Source of the DNA: a virus
Taxonomy: Duplodnaviria > Caudoviricetes
Strand: one strand, 5' to 3'
DNA: 63,939 nt
IMG/VR virus record: IMGVR_UViG_3300024310_000002
Coordinates: 1 to 63,939 of that record
Part shown: positions 38,069 through 46,894 of the stretch, piece by piece
How positions within the stretch are numbered: the stretch's first letter is position 1
Layout: every line of letters begins with the position of its first letter
The notes under the pieces: generated by a model
Told to the model about the DNA's origin: nothing
Database searches by the model: none
Seen by the model: the letters and a program-made list of their open reading frames with translations, nothing else
Program-made: the position numbers and the translations under genes

Positions 38069-39494
38069 CGCCCCGCCGACCGTCGCGGCCTTCATGAAGT
38101 CTGCGGCGTTCGGGAGGCTCATTGCAGGCCCCGTCGGCTCCGGTAAGACTACAGGCTGCATCTTCGAAATCTTCCGCAAGTGCCTCGAACAAGCACCCGC
38201 AGCAGACGGATATCGTTACACGCGCTTCGCCATCGTCCGGCAGACGCTGCGCCAGCTGATCGATACGGTGTTGAAAGACATCATGAGCTGGCTGAGCGGC
38301 GTGGCACGCTTCAAGGTGCAGGACAAGATCGTCATCATCGAGTTCGCCGATGTGCGGTCCGAGTGGCTGCTTCTCCCGCTCGAAGATCAGGAAGACCAGC
38401 GCCGCCTGTTGTCGATGCAGCTGACCGGTGCGTGGATGTCCGAGTGCATCGAGATGGACATCAATCTCGTCGCCAGCATCGCCGGCCGCTGCGGCCGTTA
38501 TCCGTCGGGCGCGCGCGGAGCTCCGACGTGGTTCGGTATCGTCGCCGACACCAACATGCCCACTGAGGGCAGCGACTGGCACAAGTTCATGGACATCGAT
38601 CAGCCGCCGGATTGGGACATCTTCGTGCAGCCCGGTGGTCTCGAAGAGTACGCTGAAAACCTTGCATGGCTGACGCAGACCGCGGAGACCATGAAGCTCG
38701 ACATCGACGACCCTGTTCGTCTCGCGCAGGGCCGGCTCTACTACGAACGCCTGTCGCGCAACAATAACCCCGATTATGTGAGACGATACGTCCATGCCCA
38801 ATTCGGAAACGACCCATCAGGTACCGCCGTCTTCCGCGAAAGCTTCCGCTCAGCCTTCCACGTGGCTGACGGACTACTCGTCAACCGTTTCGCGCCTCTC
38901 ATTATCGGACAGGATTTCGGACGCGACCCATGCAGCGCTATTACGCAGATGGACGCACGCGGCCGACTGCTCGTGCTGGAAGAGGTCATCGCCACCGACA
39001 TTGGTTTGCAGGGACATTTGGAGCAGAACCTCCGACCGGTACTGATGAAGCCCGAGTATATGGGACTTCCTGTACTAATCGTCGGCGACCCCAGCGGGGT
39101 GCACAAGAGCACACTCTACGAAGAAAGCGAGTTCGATCTGCTTCGGCGCATGGGCTTCAAGGCCATGCCTGCCCCGACCAACGAGCTCGACCCTAGGCTT
39201 CGTTCGGTGGAAGCGTGGCTGCTCAAGCAGTACGACGGCAAGGGGATGATCCTGTTCGATCGCCTGAAGTGCCCGACGATCATCCGCGGCCTAGCCGGCG
39301 GATACCGCTACGCGAAAACGCGCAATGGGACTAGGAAGCCGCTTCCGGACAAGAACGATTACTCGCATCCTGTGGACGCTCTGCAATACGCCTGTCTCGT
39401 TGCACACGGGCAGATGAACGCAGCAATTGGTCGGGTGCTTGGTCACCGTCGACAAGTCGAGCGCCAGCGGGTGTCGTCGGCCGGGTGGACTTAA
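38046..39494 (+). CDS. terL: Terminase large subunit
   Basis: GPVGSGKT Walker A, WMSE, DTN, GQDFG, GDPSG, HPVDALQY nuclease motifs. Confidence 0.93.
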   Translation: MLAPIRYDAPPTVAAFMKSAAFGRLIAGPVGSGKTTGCIFEIFRKCLEQAPAADGYRYTRFAIVRQTLRQLIDTVLKDIMSWLSGVARFKVQDKIVIIEFADVRSEWLLLPLEDQEDQRRLLSMQLTGAWMSECIEMDINLVASIAGRCGRYPSGARGAPTWFGIVADTNMPTEGSDWHKFMDIDQPPDWDIFVQPGGLEEYAENLAWLTQTAETMKLDIDDPVRLAQGRLYYERLSRNNNPDYVRRYVHAQFGNDPSGTAVFRESFRSAFHVADGLLVNRFAPLIIGQDFGRDPCSAITQMDARGRLLVLEEVIATDIGLQGHLEQNLRPVLMKPEYMGLPVLIVGDPSGVHKSTLYEESEFDLLRRMGFKAMPAPTNELDPRLRSVEAWLLKQYDGKGMILFDRLKCPTIIRGLAGGYRYAKTRNGTRKPLPDKNDYSHPVDALQYACLVAHGQMNAAIGRVLGHRRQVERQRVSSAGWT

Positions 39495-39702
39495 TCAATC
39501 CAGCTTCACGATGCGGCTTCGGCACCGCCATGGCAGACCGATGCGGGGGGCGCAGCTTCACCCCGTGTAGTTTTAGTGTGCTGCGAATAGTCTGCTTCTC
39601 GACGCCGTACAGCATGCACAGGTCGGACATGCGGGCGCCCCATCGATAGAGATCGATCAGCTCGCGAAGATCACTACCGACGAACGCCCGCTTGCCGCGC
39701 AT
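39331..39702 (-). CDS. Helix-turn-helix DNA-binding protein
   Basis: LIDLYRWGARMSDLCMLYGVEKQTIRSTLKLHGV. Confidence 0.65.
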   Translation of the reverse strand: MRGKRAFVGSDLRELIDLYRWGARMSDLCMLYGVEKQTIRSTLKLHGVKLRPPHRSAMAVPKPHREAGLIKSTRPTTPAGARLVDGDQAPDQLLRSSARVQRDRRIAERPQDASNRSCPEAAS

Positions 39703-39974
39703 CAGGGCCGCACGATCCGGGGGCCGCCCAGCTTGTTTGCCGCCTCTTCGAGGGCCTTCACGCTTTCCTCTTCGATGTTGCCGAGGATGTACTGCTCGAT
39801 CATTTGCGCCTGTGCAACCAGTGTGATCGCATCGATGTCATTACCTGCCTTTTGTGTAAAATGCTGGTGGTGCATCAGCTTCAACGACGTCTCCAGCGAG
39901 ACTATCCGCGCGTTGATCTTCATCTGCTGAAGCTTGGCGAGATTTTCGAGCTCAGCTTTCGGGTTAATGCTCAA
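39702..39974 (-). CDS. Hypothetical protein
   Basis: AGGAG RBS, TTG start, coupled. Confidence 0.6.
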   Translation of the reverse strand: MSINPKAELENLAKLQQMKINARIVSLETSLKLMHHQHFTQKAGNDIDAITLVAQAQMIEQYILGNIEEESVKALEEAANKLGGPRIVRP

Positions 39975-40186
39975 TTGAGTTTGCTCCTGTTCGTGGGTGA
40001 CAACGGCTTGAGGACTTGCTCGCAGAAGCGGAAGTGGTCGCCACTATGCACGCAGCCGTAATACGGTGCATCGTGTTCAGTGCAGTGCCCCGGTAGCAGG
40101 GCTACCACTTCTACTACCGGGGGATAGTTCTCGCCTTGGACTTCGACGCGTTGCTCGCGCGCGAACTTGTGCTTCCGCTCGCTCAT
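39971..40186 (-). CDS. Hypothetical protein
   Basis: Coupled ORF. Confidence 0.55.
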   Translation of the reverse strand: MSERKHKFAREQRVEVQGENYPPVVEVVALLPGHCTEHDAPYYGCVHSGDHFRFCEQVLKPLSPTNRSKLN

Positions 40187-40653
40187 GCAGGCTCCGGCGT
40201 ATCGGGTTGGTCGCGCGTGACCAAGCCTTCGACGTTCCAGCGGTCCTTCACCGCGGTGAGTAGCTTCATCTTCGCGAGCTCCATGCGGTAGATCGCGTTG
40301 CCGATGCTAGGATCGGTCGAGAGGAAGTAAATCTCCTCCTCGTCGTGCCACCCAATCACCATGACTTCCTGAAGCCCCCAGTCCAGCGCGCTCTGGAGCA
40401 CTCGCTGCACCTGCAGCCTGTGGGCGGTGCTTACGTCGAGGAGTTCGACGTTTTCGGGAAGTGGATCGAGGAGACGGATTTTCGGGTGTGGTACACCCAC
40501 GCCCGTACCGTCACCGTGCTCTTCCTGCTGGGGCCGAGCACTTTTATCCACGAACGTTTCCGGATGGAGGTTCTCTTCATCGAGCTCACGGTGAATGTCC
40601 ATCATCATGAAGTCGATGGCGTTGAGGTGGCGGGGCTTATTTTCCGTGGTCAT
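40183..40653 (-). CDS. Hypothetical protein
   Basis: GGAG RBS; coupled ORF. Confidence 0.65.
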   Translation of the reverse strand: MTTENKPRHLNAIDFMMMDIHRELDEENLHPETFVDKSARPQQEEHGDGTGVGVPHPKIRLLDPLPENVELLDVSTAHRLQVQRVLQSALDWGLQEVMVIGWHDEEEIYFLSTDPSIGNAIYRMELAKMKLLTAVKDRWNVEGLVTRDQPDTPEPA

Positions 40654-40981
40654 AATTGCCGATCTCCGGGATGCTCGCGTCGACTTCGGAAGTCGCTCGC
40701 TGTTCCGCGATCGTGCTCTCCAGCTCGGCACAGATCAAGGCCGCCGGCTCAAAGTGTTTGGGGTCCATGTTCTGGGCGCGATCCATGATCTGCTCGCACA
40801 TGGCGATCTGCTTGACGCACTCGGCGCGCATCTCGCCGCTGCAGTCGACGCCGTCCTTGAGGAAGATGAACCCGCCGTCGATCTTGGCGATGTTCTCCTC
40901 GTGCAGCTCCTTGATCATCTTCGCCGCGCGGTACGCGGGATGCTCTGGCGCTGGCTCGATCTTCTCGAAGGTCATGTGCAT
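40637..40981 (-). CDS. Hypothetical protein
   Basis: AGGAG RBS. Confidence 0.65.
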   Translation of the reverse strand: MHMTFEKIEPAPEHPAYRAAKMIKELHEENIAKIDGGFIFLKDGVDCSGEMRAECVKQIAMCEQIMDRAQNMDPKHFEPAALICAELESTIAEQRATSEVDASIPEIGNYDHGK

Positions 40982-41064
40982 GGGGTCTCCTGTGTGGGGC
41001 CCCAGACATAGAAACACCCTTCCCGCGCGTCAACGGGAAGGGTGCTATTATCACAAAGAAGTGA

Positions 41065-41427
41065 TCAGACGGGGGCGTTCGGGTCCACGGGCGCGGGCGC
41101 GGGCGCCGGGGTCGGCTCCGGGGAAGCCGTCTTGGAGCCCTGCAGGACGGCGATAGCGTCGTCGATCCGATGGGCCAGTGCTTCGACCTCCGGATCGTCC
41201 GGGGGCAGCTGGGCGGCCTGCTGACTGTCGGCAGCGTTCTTGTAGTTGGTGGCGAGGCTGATCAGGGTGTCGACCTTGCCGGAGAGTTCTGAGACTTTCA
41301 TACGGAGCTCCTCGAGTTGTCTGCGTTGGTGCCGATGCTGTTCGGCGTCGACCAGTATCATGCCCTCAACATTCGGGGCAGGGGATTGTTCTGGCGGCAT
41401 AGAGAACACTGGTCGACGGTTGCGCAT
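41065..41427 (-). CDS. Coiled-coil hypothetical protein
   Basis: In operon after SGNH gene. Confidence 0.6.
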   Translation of the reverse strand: MRNRRPVFSMPPEQSPAPNVEGMILVDAEQHRHQRRQLEELRMKVSELSGKVDTLISLATNYKNAADSQQAAQLPPDDPEVEALAHRIDDAIAVLQGSKTASPEPTPAPAPAPVDPNAPV

Positions 41428-41430
41428 TGG

Positions 41431-42711
41431 TTACGCCGTGGCGAGCTCAGCCAGACCCTTGCGAACAAGGATAGTGGCCGATCCGGCAGCGCTAAATTTC
41501 ACACGCACCGCGAGATTGGTGAACGGACTACCTACGAAATTACCAAACACGAGCGGCGGGGGCTCGAGGACGAAGTTGGTGTAACCGCCCGGATCGGTAC
41601 CGAGCGTGCTGTCGATCATGTCGTAGGTAGCAGTGGGTCCTCCGGAAGTCGGGAAGCTCTCCAGATTAGCCGACACGTTCTGAAGGCCGGTGGCGGCGCT
41701 CACGTCGACCTCGATGCTGCCCCGCACGATGCTGCCGGGGACGATGTTGTTCTTGAACAGTGCAAAGATCAGCGAGACCGTACCAGCGCCGGTAGCGGTA
41801 GCCACGATCTTCGTTTCGTTGCCCCACGTGTTGCCATCAGCATCGGCCGACGTCGCCTGCGTCGAGTATACAGCAGTGGCCAATCCGGTCTGGGCTGCAC
41901 CTGCGTTCGTCGGTACGGTGCCCGTGTTTCCAGTGCCAGCGGCCGCAACTGCCCCCGTCATCCCGGGGCTGTTCCAGATATTCCGGGTGCCGTAGGTGGC
42001 ACTCTGCAGCGCGCAGCGCATGCGGTGCCCGGGGATTTCACGAAGTAGCGGGGCGATCCTTGGCACCGCGTAGAGACCGAATTTCTGAGCCGCCACGATG
42101 TTGTTGTGCGTACCGTCTTGCGTGTTCAGCAGGTCGATCGATGCGGTCGCCGCCGTGTTGAGCAGCACCGGCGTACCATCCAAGAACACCATGTTCGGCG
42201 GACCGCGGCCGTCACCGTCGCCGTACTGCATGAAGTCGGCCATCAGTCGCAGGAAGTCGATAGTGTTGCCGATCATCGTCGCGCTGAAGTTCTCCGCGCC
42301 GCATTCCCACACGTAGAGGCACACGGCGCCAGCGTCGTTGATCTGTTTGATCTGCGCCTTCTGATTGGCAAAGGCCGTAGCGACAACTGTGCCCGCTGCC
42401 GGGTATTGCTGCGCAAAATCGTTAGTTGGGTCGCCCAACCCGATGATTGACGCTCCGGTGGCGATCGCCGCCGCCACATTGAACTGGTCCGTCCGTGTCC
42501 CGGATACACCGAAGTTGCCAAGCGTAATGAGCGACTTCCCCTGCGCGCGCAACCAGCCAGCCGTCCAATTCATCCAGCCGGCGTTGCCTTTGTTGTTCTG
42601 CGGCGGATCGAGATACTGTGCAGCCTGCTTCGACGTGCCCGCCCAAGCAATGCTGTTGGGGAAACGAATTGCCTTCAATGCCAAGGCTTGCGTTGCAGCG
42701 CGTGCGGCCAT
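41431..42711 (-). CDS. SGNH/GDSL-like esterase with C-terminal beta-sandwich (candidate spike/receptor-binding deacetylase)
   Basis: Blocks AGTS, GVSG, PTND, DGTH. Confidence 0.72.
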   Translation of the reverse strand: MAARAATQALALKAIRFPNSIAWAGTSKQAAQYLDPPQNNKGNAGWMNWTAGWLRAQGKSLITLGNFGVSGTRTDQFNVAAAIATGASIIGLGDPTNDFAQQYPAAGTVVATAFANQKAQIKQINDAGAVCLYVWECGAENFSATMIGNTIDFLRLMADFMQYGDGDGRGPPNMVFLDGTPVLLNTAATASIDLLNTQDGTHNNIVAAQKFGLYAVPRIAPLLREIPGHRMRCALQSATYGTRNIWNSPGMTGAVAAAGTGNTGTVPTNAGAAQTGLATAVYSTQATSADADGNTWGNETKIVATATGAGTVSLIFALFKNNIVPGSIVRGSIEVDVSAATGLQNVSANLESFPTSGGPTATYDMIDSTLGTDPGGYTNFVLEPPPLVFGNFVGSPFTNLAVRVKFSAAGSATILVRKGLAELATA

Positions 42712-42712
42712 T

Positions 42713-43066
42713 TTAAGATGTCCTATCCAAGAGTATCGCGCCGTCGGTATCCGTCAGGATGGCGCCGTCAGTGTCGATCAGAAAATTGAACAGGCTGACC
42801 CCGATGCTCTGCAGGTTGATGATCGCGGCCGGGAAAGTGTGGTCCGCAATATTGCTCCGCACGAGTGCGGGATCGAATTTGAAACCTGACGGCTGGGTCG
42901 CATCCGGTACAGTGGCGAGGTACTTCTGTAGAACGATGATGGCCTGCCCGATGCCTTGGTCGTCGATCGACGAGCTCACGGGCTGGGCGAAATAGTCCTG
43001 AAGCGCCCGCAGCGCACCGATCATGTCGGTGCGGCTGTTCAGGGTGGTGTTTATCGATATCGCCAT
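42713..43066 (-). CDS. Virion protein paralogue of 35116..35394 with DTDGAIL repeat tail
   Basis: Shared motifs; C-terminal LIDTDGAILTDTDGAILL. Confidence 0.72.
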   Translation of the reverse strand: MAISINTTLNSRTDMIGALRALQDYFAQPVSSSIDDQGIGQAIIVLQKYLATVPDATQPSGFKFDPALVRSNIADHTFPAAIINLQSIGVSLFNFLIDTDGAILTDTDGAILLDRTS

Positions 43067-43103
43067 GAAGGCCCCAAGCTAGGAAGTCAGCTTGGGCTTT
43101 GTA

Positions 43104-43325
43104 TCAGCTCTGCTCAGCGGGCGCAAAGGTAGCGAACACCTCGATCACCCGCCTATCCTTCTCGTCCAAGAACTCCGCGGTGCGCGTGCCCTTCAGCACT
43201 AGCGCGTATCCGCACATGAGCTCCTGCTCCTGACGCACTGCTTCGATCTGGCGTTGCATCTGCTCCGCGTCGACAATCAAAAACTGTGACTTCACGTCTC
43301 CAACCAGAGGCTGCGTCTCGCTCAT
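43104..43325 (-). CDS. Hypothetical protein
   Basis: AAGGAG RBS. Confidence 0.65.
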   Translation of the reverse strand: MSETQPLVGDVKSQFLIVDAEQMQRQIEAVRQEQELMCGYALVLKGTRTAEFLDEKDRRVIEVFATFAPAEQS

Positions 43326-43355
43326 GTTCTACTTCTCCTTGAGGTGTTCTGAAAA

Positions 43356-43706
43356 TCAGAACTTCTGTTCGCGCGATCCGAGAGGCAGTATGCCGTCGGT
43401 CGGCTCCGGCCACCCGTCTTGGCGAGGCGGTGAGTTGTTGAGATTGTGCGGATCGAGCGGCTCACTGGAAGCTGTCTTCGGCGCAAACCCCATGTACAAC
43501 GTGTAGTGCGGCTCCCCGGCCCCATCTACGGTCGTCTCCAGCCTAGCCCCATGCTGCACGAAACCGGGATGCTCCGCGAGGCCCTTGGCACGAAGCTGGT
43601 CGACGGCCACGCGCAGGTCGTCAGCCGTCTTGATCCCGACCCACCCAACCTGCAGCTCAACGTAGCCGATAGGATGCGCTGGGCCTGTGTACGTGGGTTT
43701 AACCAT
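43356..43706 (-). CDS. Hypothetical protein
   Basis: GAGG RBS. Confidence 0.6.
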   Translation of the reverse strand: MVKPTYTGPAHPIGYVELQVGWVGIKTADDLRVAVDQLRAKGLAEHPGFVQHGARLETTVDGAGEPHYTLYMGFAPKTASSEPLDPHNLNNSPPRQDGWPEPTDGILPLGSREQKF

Positions 43707-43715
43707 CGGATGGCC

Positions 43716-44003
43716 TCAACGTTTGCCGTCTTCGGGGGAGGGTACCCCAGCTTGAAGCTTACCGAGGAACGTAGCTATGCGCGAAATTTTGGGCGGATTA
43801 TTTTTTTGGGGTTCACTCGACACGGGGTCGGCCCCGAATTTTTTGGGGTCGTCCTCGAGGGTGCGGCACTTCCAGTGCACCGTGCGGCGCGTCGTGTCGT
43901 CGGAGAAGAACACCGCTCCGTCGGTCATTGGTTGCTTGCACTCGGCACAGAGCGCGCCGCGGACCATCATCTGGATTTGGCTGAAGAGTGTGTTGCTGAT
44001 CAT
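43716..44003 (-). CDS. Small Zn-binding hypothetical protein
   Basis: CAEC...HWKC. Confidence 0.5.
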   Translation of the reverse strand: MISNTLFSQIQMMVRGALCAECKQPMTDGAVFFSDDTTRRTVHWKCRTLEDDPKKFGADPVSSEPQKNNPPKISRIATFLGKLQAGVPSPEDGKR

Positions 44004-44132
44004 GGGGTTTCCCGGTGGGTGACGGGTAAGGGGTGGGGACGGCAGCGCCGGCACGTTGTCGCTGCATCAATTAGGGTCTCGGAGTTCAAGTCCGGGCCTA
44101 TCGCTCTCCGTTTGAGCTACGTCCCTGATGGG

Positions 44133-44160
44133 AGGATATGCGGAAAGGGTGGGAAGTCAA
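44133..44160 (-). promoter_or_regulatory. Possible sigma70-type leftward promoter
   Basis: TTGACT-16 nt-TATCCT at head of leftward arm. Confidence 0.4.
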
Positions 44161-44369
44161 GTGTTGTAAAAATGTCACAGAGGGGGGTGGGATGGTTTTA
44201 TGGTCCGGTATATTACCGTGGGACCCAATAAAAGCCCGGGCCCCGGGGGTGGGGGGGCCTGTCCACTTACCCCCGGGGGTAACGTCCCCACACCTTGAGT
44301 GTAGGAACGCCCCGCCACTGTGGCACGGAGGATCACCTGCACCACCTGAGCAACGGCCAAAACAAGCAT

Positions 44370-44760
44370 GCTCTTAGGCGGCGAGAGCTTTACTACCTCT
44401 CGTCTAGTGGTTCCCCCTTAACCGCCGTCGGGCTGTTACCTCCCAAGGTAACAAGATGACAACGGGCTAGGTATACCGGGTAGATGCGCCACGAAGCAGG
44501 CGCGCGGGACCGGGAAGCCCTAGCAGAGTTGCTAGGCAGCGGGACAACATCGAACCATCTGAGCGTCGGAAAGACAACTACTCAACTATGAGATGGTTCG
44601 GTCTAAGTTGTCCCCAGCATCCTTTGCCAATGCCAAGGTTGGATGCTGTGAGCACTAGAGGTAGCGTTTGGAAGCGCATCGCAAAGTCTGGAACGTGACG
44701 ACAGGATGGCAGCGCAAGCTGTGCGTTTGAAAGTCTAAGTCCTACGCCTCTAGTGCTCTC
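44370..44760 (+). ncRNA. Large structured non-coding RNA candidate
   Basis: ORF-poor; helices GGGACAAC/GTTGTCCC, CGAACCATCT/AGATGGTTCG, CAGCATCC/GGATGCTG, GAGCACTAGAGG/CCTCTAGTGCTC; strand inferred. Confidence 0.5.
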
Positions 44761-44784
44761 ACCATCTAACCTTGGAGTGTTGCA

Positions 44785-45066
44785 ATGTTCAAGCAATACA
44801 GATCAGACCCGTTGACCGAACGCGAGAAGGCTGAGCGTCGTCGACGCCTTGGCTTGAAGTCTCGCTTCTCGATTGATCAGCCGACTTCGGATAAGCCGAA
44901 GACGGAAAGGGATTACCTTTGTCCCACGAATATCACTGAAACCATCTCGCGTCGCAAACGTCGCGGGTTCAATGGTTGCAAGATGTCGCACGCGAACAAG
45001 CTCCTCGTGTTGGAGCGAGCCGACGCGCGCCTCGACTTCTTGAGGTCGTGCGGCGTCAAGGTGTAG
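44785..45066 (+). CDS. Basic hypothetical protein
   Basis: GGAG RBS; Arg-rich. Confidence 0.6.
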   Translation: MFKQYRSDPLTEREKAERRRRLGLKSRFSIDQPTSDKPKTERDYLCPTNITETISRRKRRGFNGCKMSHANKLLVLERADARLDFLRSCGVKV

Positions 45067-45309
45067 TCCTCGGCAGCGAAGAGAGGGGAGAGTTCCATCC
45101 CCCCTCCTACCTTCTAACTCTATAATCTATTAACAATAAATAATATACCGCTATATAAAGTGGGAGGGGGTTCGCTCGACGGTTTCGCGCTCCATCGGAC
45201 CATCTAACGCTTTATAGCTATATACCCACTTTCTTGTTATAGAATTATAGAATTAGCAAGTGGTTGTATTTGTTAGTCAATTAAAGTCTCTAATTGTTTG
45301 TCCTTAGTC

Positions 45310-45338
45310 TTGACTTACAGAGTTTAGTATGGTAATAC
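45310..45338 (+). promoter_or_regulatory. sigma70-type early promoter
   Basis: TTGACT-17 nt-TAATAC with TG extended -10, in an AT-rich island. Confidence 0.7.
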
Positions 45339-45454
45339 CATCGAACGATTAAGGCAGCTCGCCACATTGTTGTGCTCGACTTGGGCAAATAAGGCAGCAA
45401 CGCCACATTCGTGGAACCTTAATCACCCACCATTGGGTAACCTTCGGAGGTAAC

Positions 45455-45730
45455 ATGCCAGCCAAACGCAAGCATAAGCTCTTCATTCCCTTCAGGCCGG
45501 GCGATCGTGTTGGCCCACTGTACTCCAGCTCGGCGGACAAGTTCGGCACGTTCGTGTCGTACGTAAAGAACGTGCCGCGCTACTGTGTCGTGCACTTCGA
45601 CGGTGAGGTGCATCCACGCAAGGTTGCGTCTCGTTCCCTTCGTCTCGTGCCTGTTGAAATCCCGGCCGATGCGCATGTCGATGCGCCTTGGTACAGTGTG
45701 AGAAAGGAAGCGAATGATCCCGATGCTTAA
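45455..45730 (+). CDS. Small hypothetical protein (SH3/Tudor-like)
   Basis: GGAGG RBS; FRPGDRV...VVHFDG. Confidence 0.65.
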   Translation: MPAKRKHKLFIPFRPGDRVGPLYSSSADKFGTFVSYVKNVPRYCVVHFDGEVHPRKVASRSLRLVPVEIPADAHVDAPWYSVRKEANDPDA

Positions 45731-45959
45731 CGTGTCCTACCGCAAGGTGGGTGGCCTGCGCTTCGTGCGTATCGGCAAGCTGGGCTTCAGTTGGTACATC
45801 ACCAACAAGCCGGCGCGCACTCATGACGCGTCGCGCACATATCCGAATGGCGACGTCATGCTGCCACCGCTCAAGCGTGGCGGCCCCATCCTCGACGACG
45901 TGAAGTATTACCGCGAGTACGAAGGCGGCAGCACCGTGGTGGTGTATCGTGACCGCTAA
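45714..45959 (+). CDS. Hypothetical protein
   Basis: AAGGA RBS; RKVGGLRFVRIGKLGFSW. Confidence 0.6.
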   Translation: MIPMLNVSYRKVGGLRFVRIGKLGFSWYITNKPARTHDASRTYPNGDVMLPPLKRGGPILDDVKYYREYEGGSTVVVYRDR

Positions 45960-46066
45960 TGCGTTCGCGCTGTACTGGTTCGTTATGTTCCCTGCCGCAT
46001 TGTTGTGTCTTCAGTATGGCTGGGACATGTTGTTGGATGATCTCGTGCCAATCAAGGAGGTGGGCG

Positions 46067-46297
46067 ATGCAGATTAACTGCTGCACCGGTGAGGTGTACG
46101 CCATGAGCAAAGCGATCGCCGACGGCGAGGAGCTTGAGCTCACGACGCTGGCTCCGATGTCGTATTCCGTGCTCTGCTGGAATACGAAGGAGGACGAGTG
46201 CCGATGGGTTAAGGACTTCGGCAGCGACCTCGCCGCTGCGGTCGCAGAGTACAACCGTTGGGCGCTCAACAAAGAGCGCGTGCCGAAGTTCAACTAA
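46067..46297 (+). CDS. Hypothetical protein
   Basis: AAGGAGG RBS. Confidence 0.6.
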   Translation: MQINCCTGEVYAMSKAIADGEELELTTLAPMSYSVLCWNTKEDECRWVKDFGSDLAAAVAEYNRWALNKERVPKFN

Positions 46298-46321
46298 CCA
46301 TCGAACCTGAGGGAGGATCAA

Positions 46322-46486
46322 ACGGCTACCCACAAGCGTGTTACCTTGCGGGTAATGCTCACTGTGCCGGTCGCAGATGACCGCGCCACGGTGGGCCGCA
46401 AGGTCAAAGAGGCACTCACCGATAAGTTCGAGGTGTGCTACCCCTACGTCACCGTCATTCAGGAGGACAATGTCGAGCAGGCATAA
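46322..46486 (+). pseudogene. 54-codon ORF with ACG in place of ATG
   Basis: GGGAGG RBS, 5 nt, ACG GCT ACC... open to TAA. Confidence 0.45.
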
Positions 46487-46894
46487 AGCCTCTCGCTGGC
46501 AGGAGGAAGCCGAGGGTCGGCCGGCTTCTGCGCCCCAACAACTGGGTTAAGAACGAGGCGTCGATCCCACGCCTACAATGCCAGCAAACCATCGCACCAT
46601 CAAAGCGCCGCACAATGCGGCCAAGCTCAAACGCGAGGCTAGGGCGTCAAGCCACTCCAAACGTAGAAGCGCACTCACGACGCCCCGACGGGCCATCTGT
46701 CCACGATGTCAACTTGGATGCCGGCAACTGCAAAGTGTTGCACGGACCACGGTCACCGCTTGGCCGTCCATATCTGCTGGATAGCAGTCCCGGCCTGCGG
46801 CGGGTTATTCCGCAGGAGCTATTCCGTGCACGACACGGTGATGGGCCTGCGATCCCTCTTGGGACAAAGCAGCCAACTAAGGAGTGCCTACAAT

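Noticed and set aside
44480-44760. Hammerhead or other known small ribozyme
   Set aside because: CTGA and GAAA segments occur, but I could not build the CUGANGA/GAAA three-stem core
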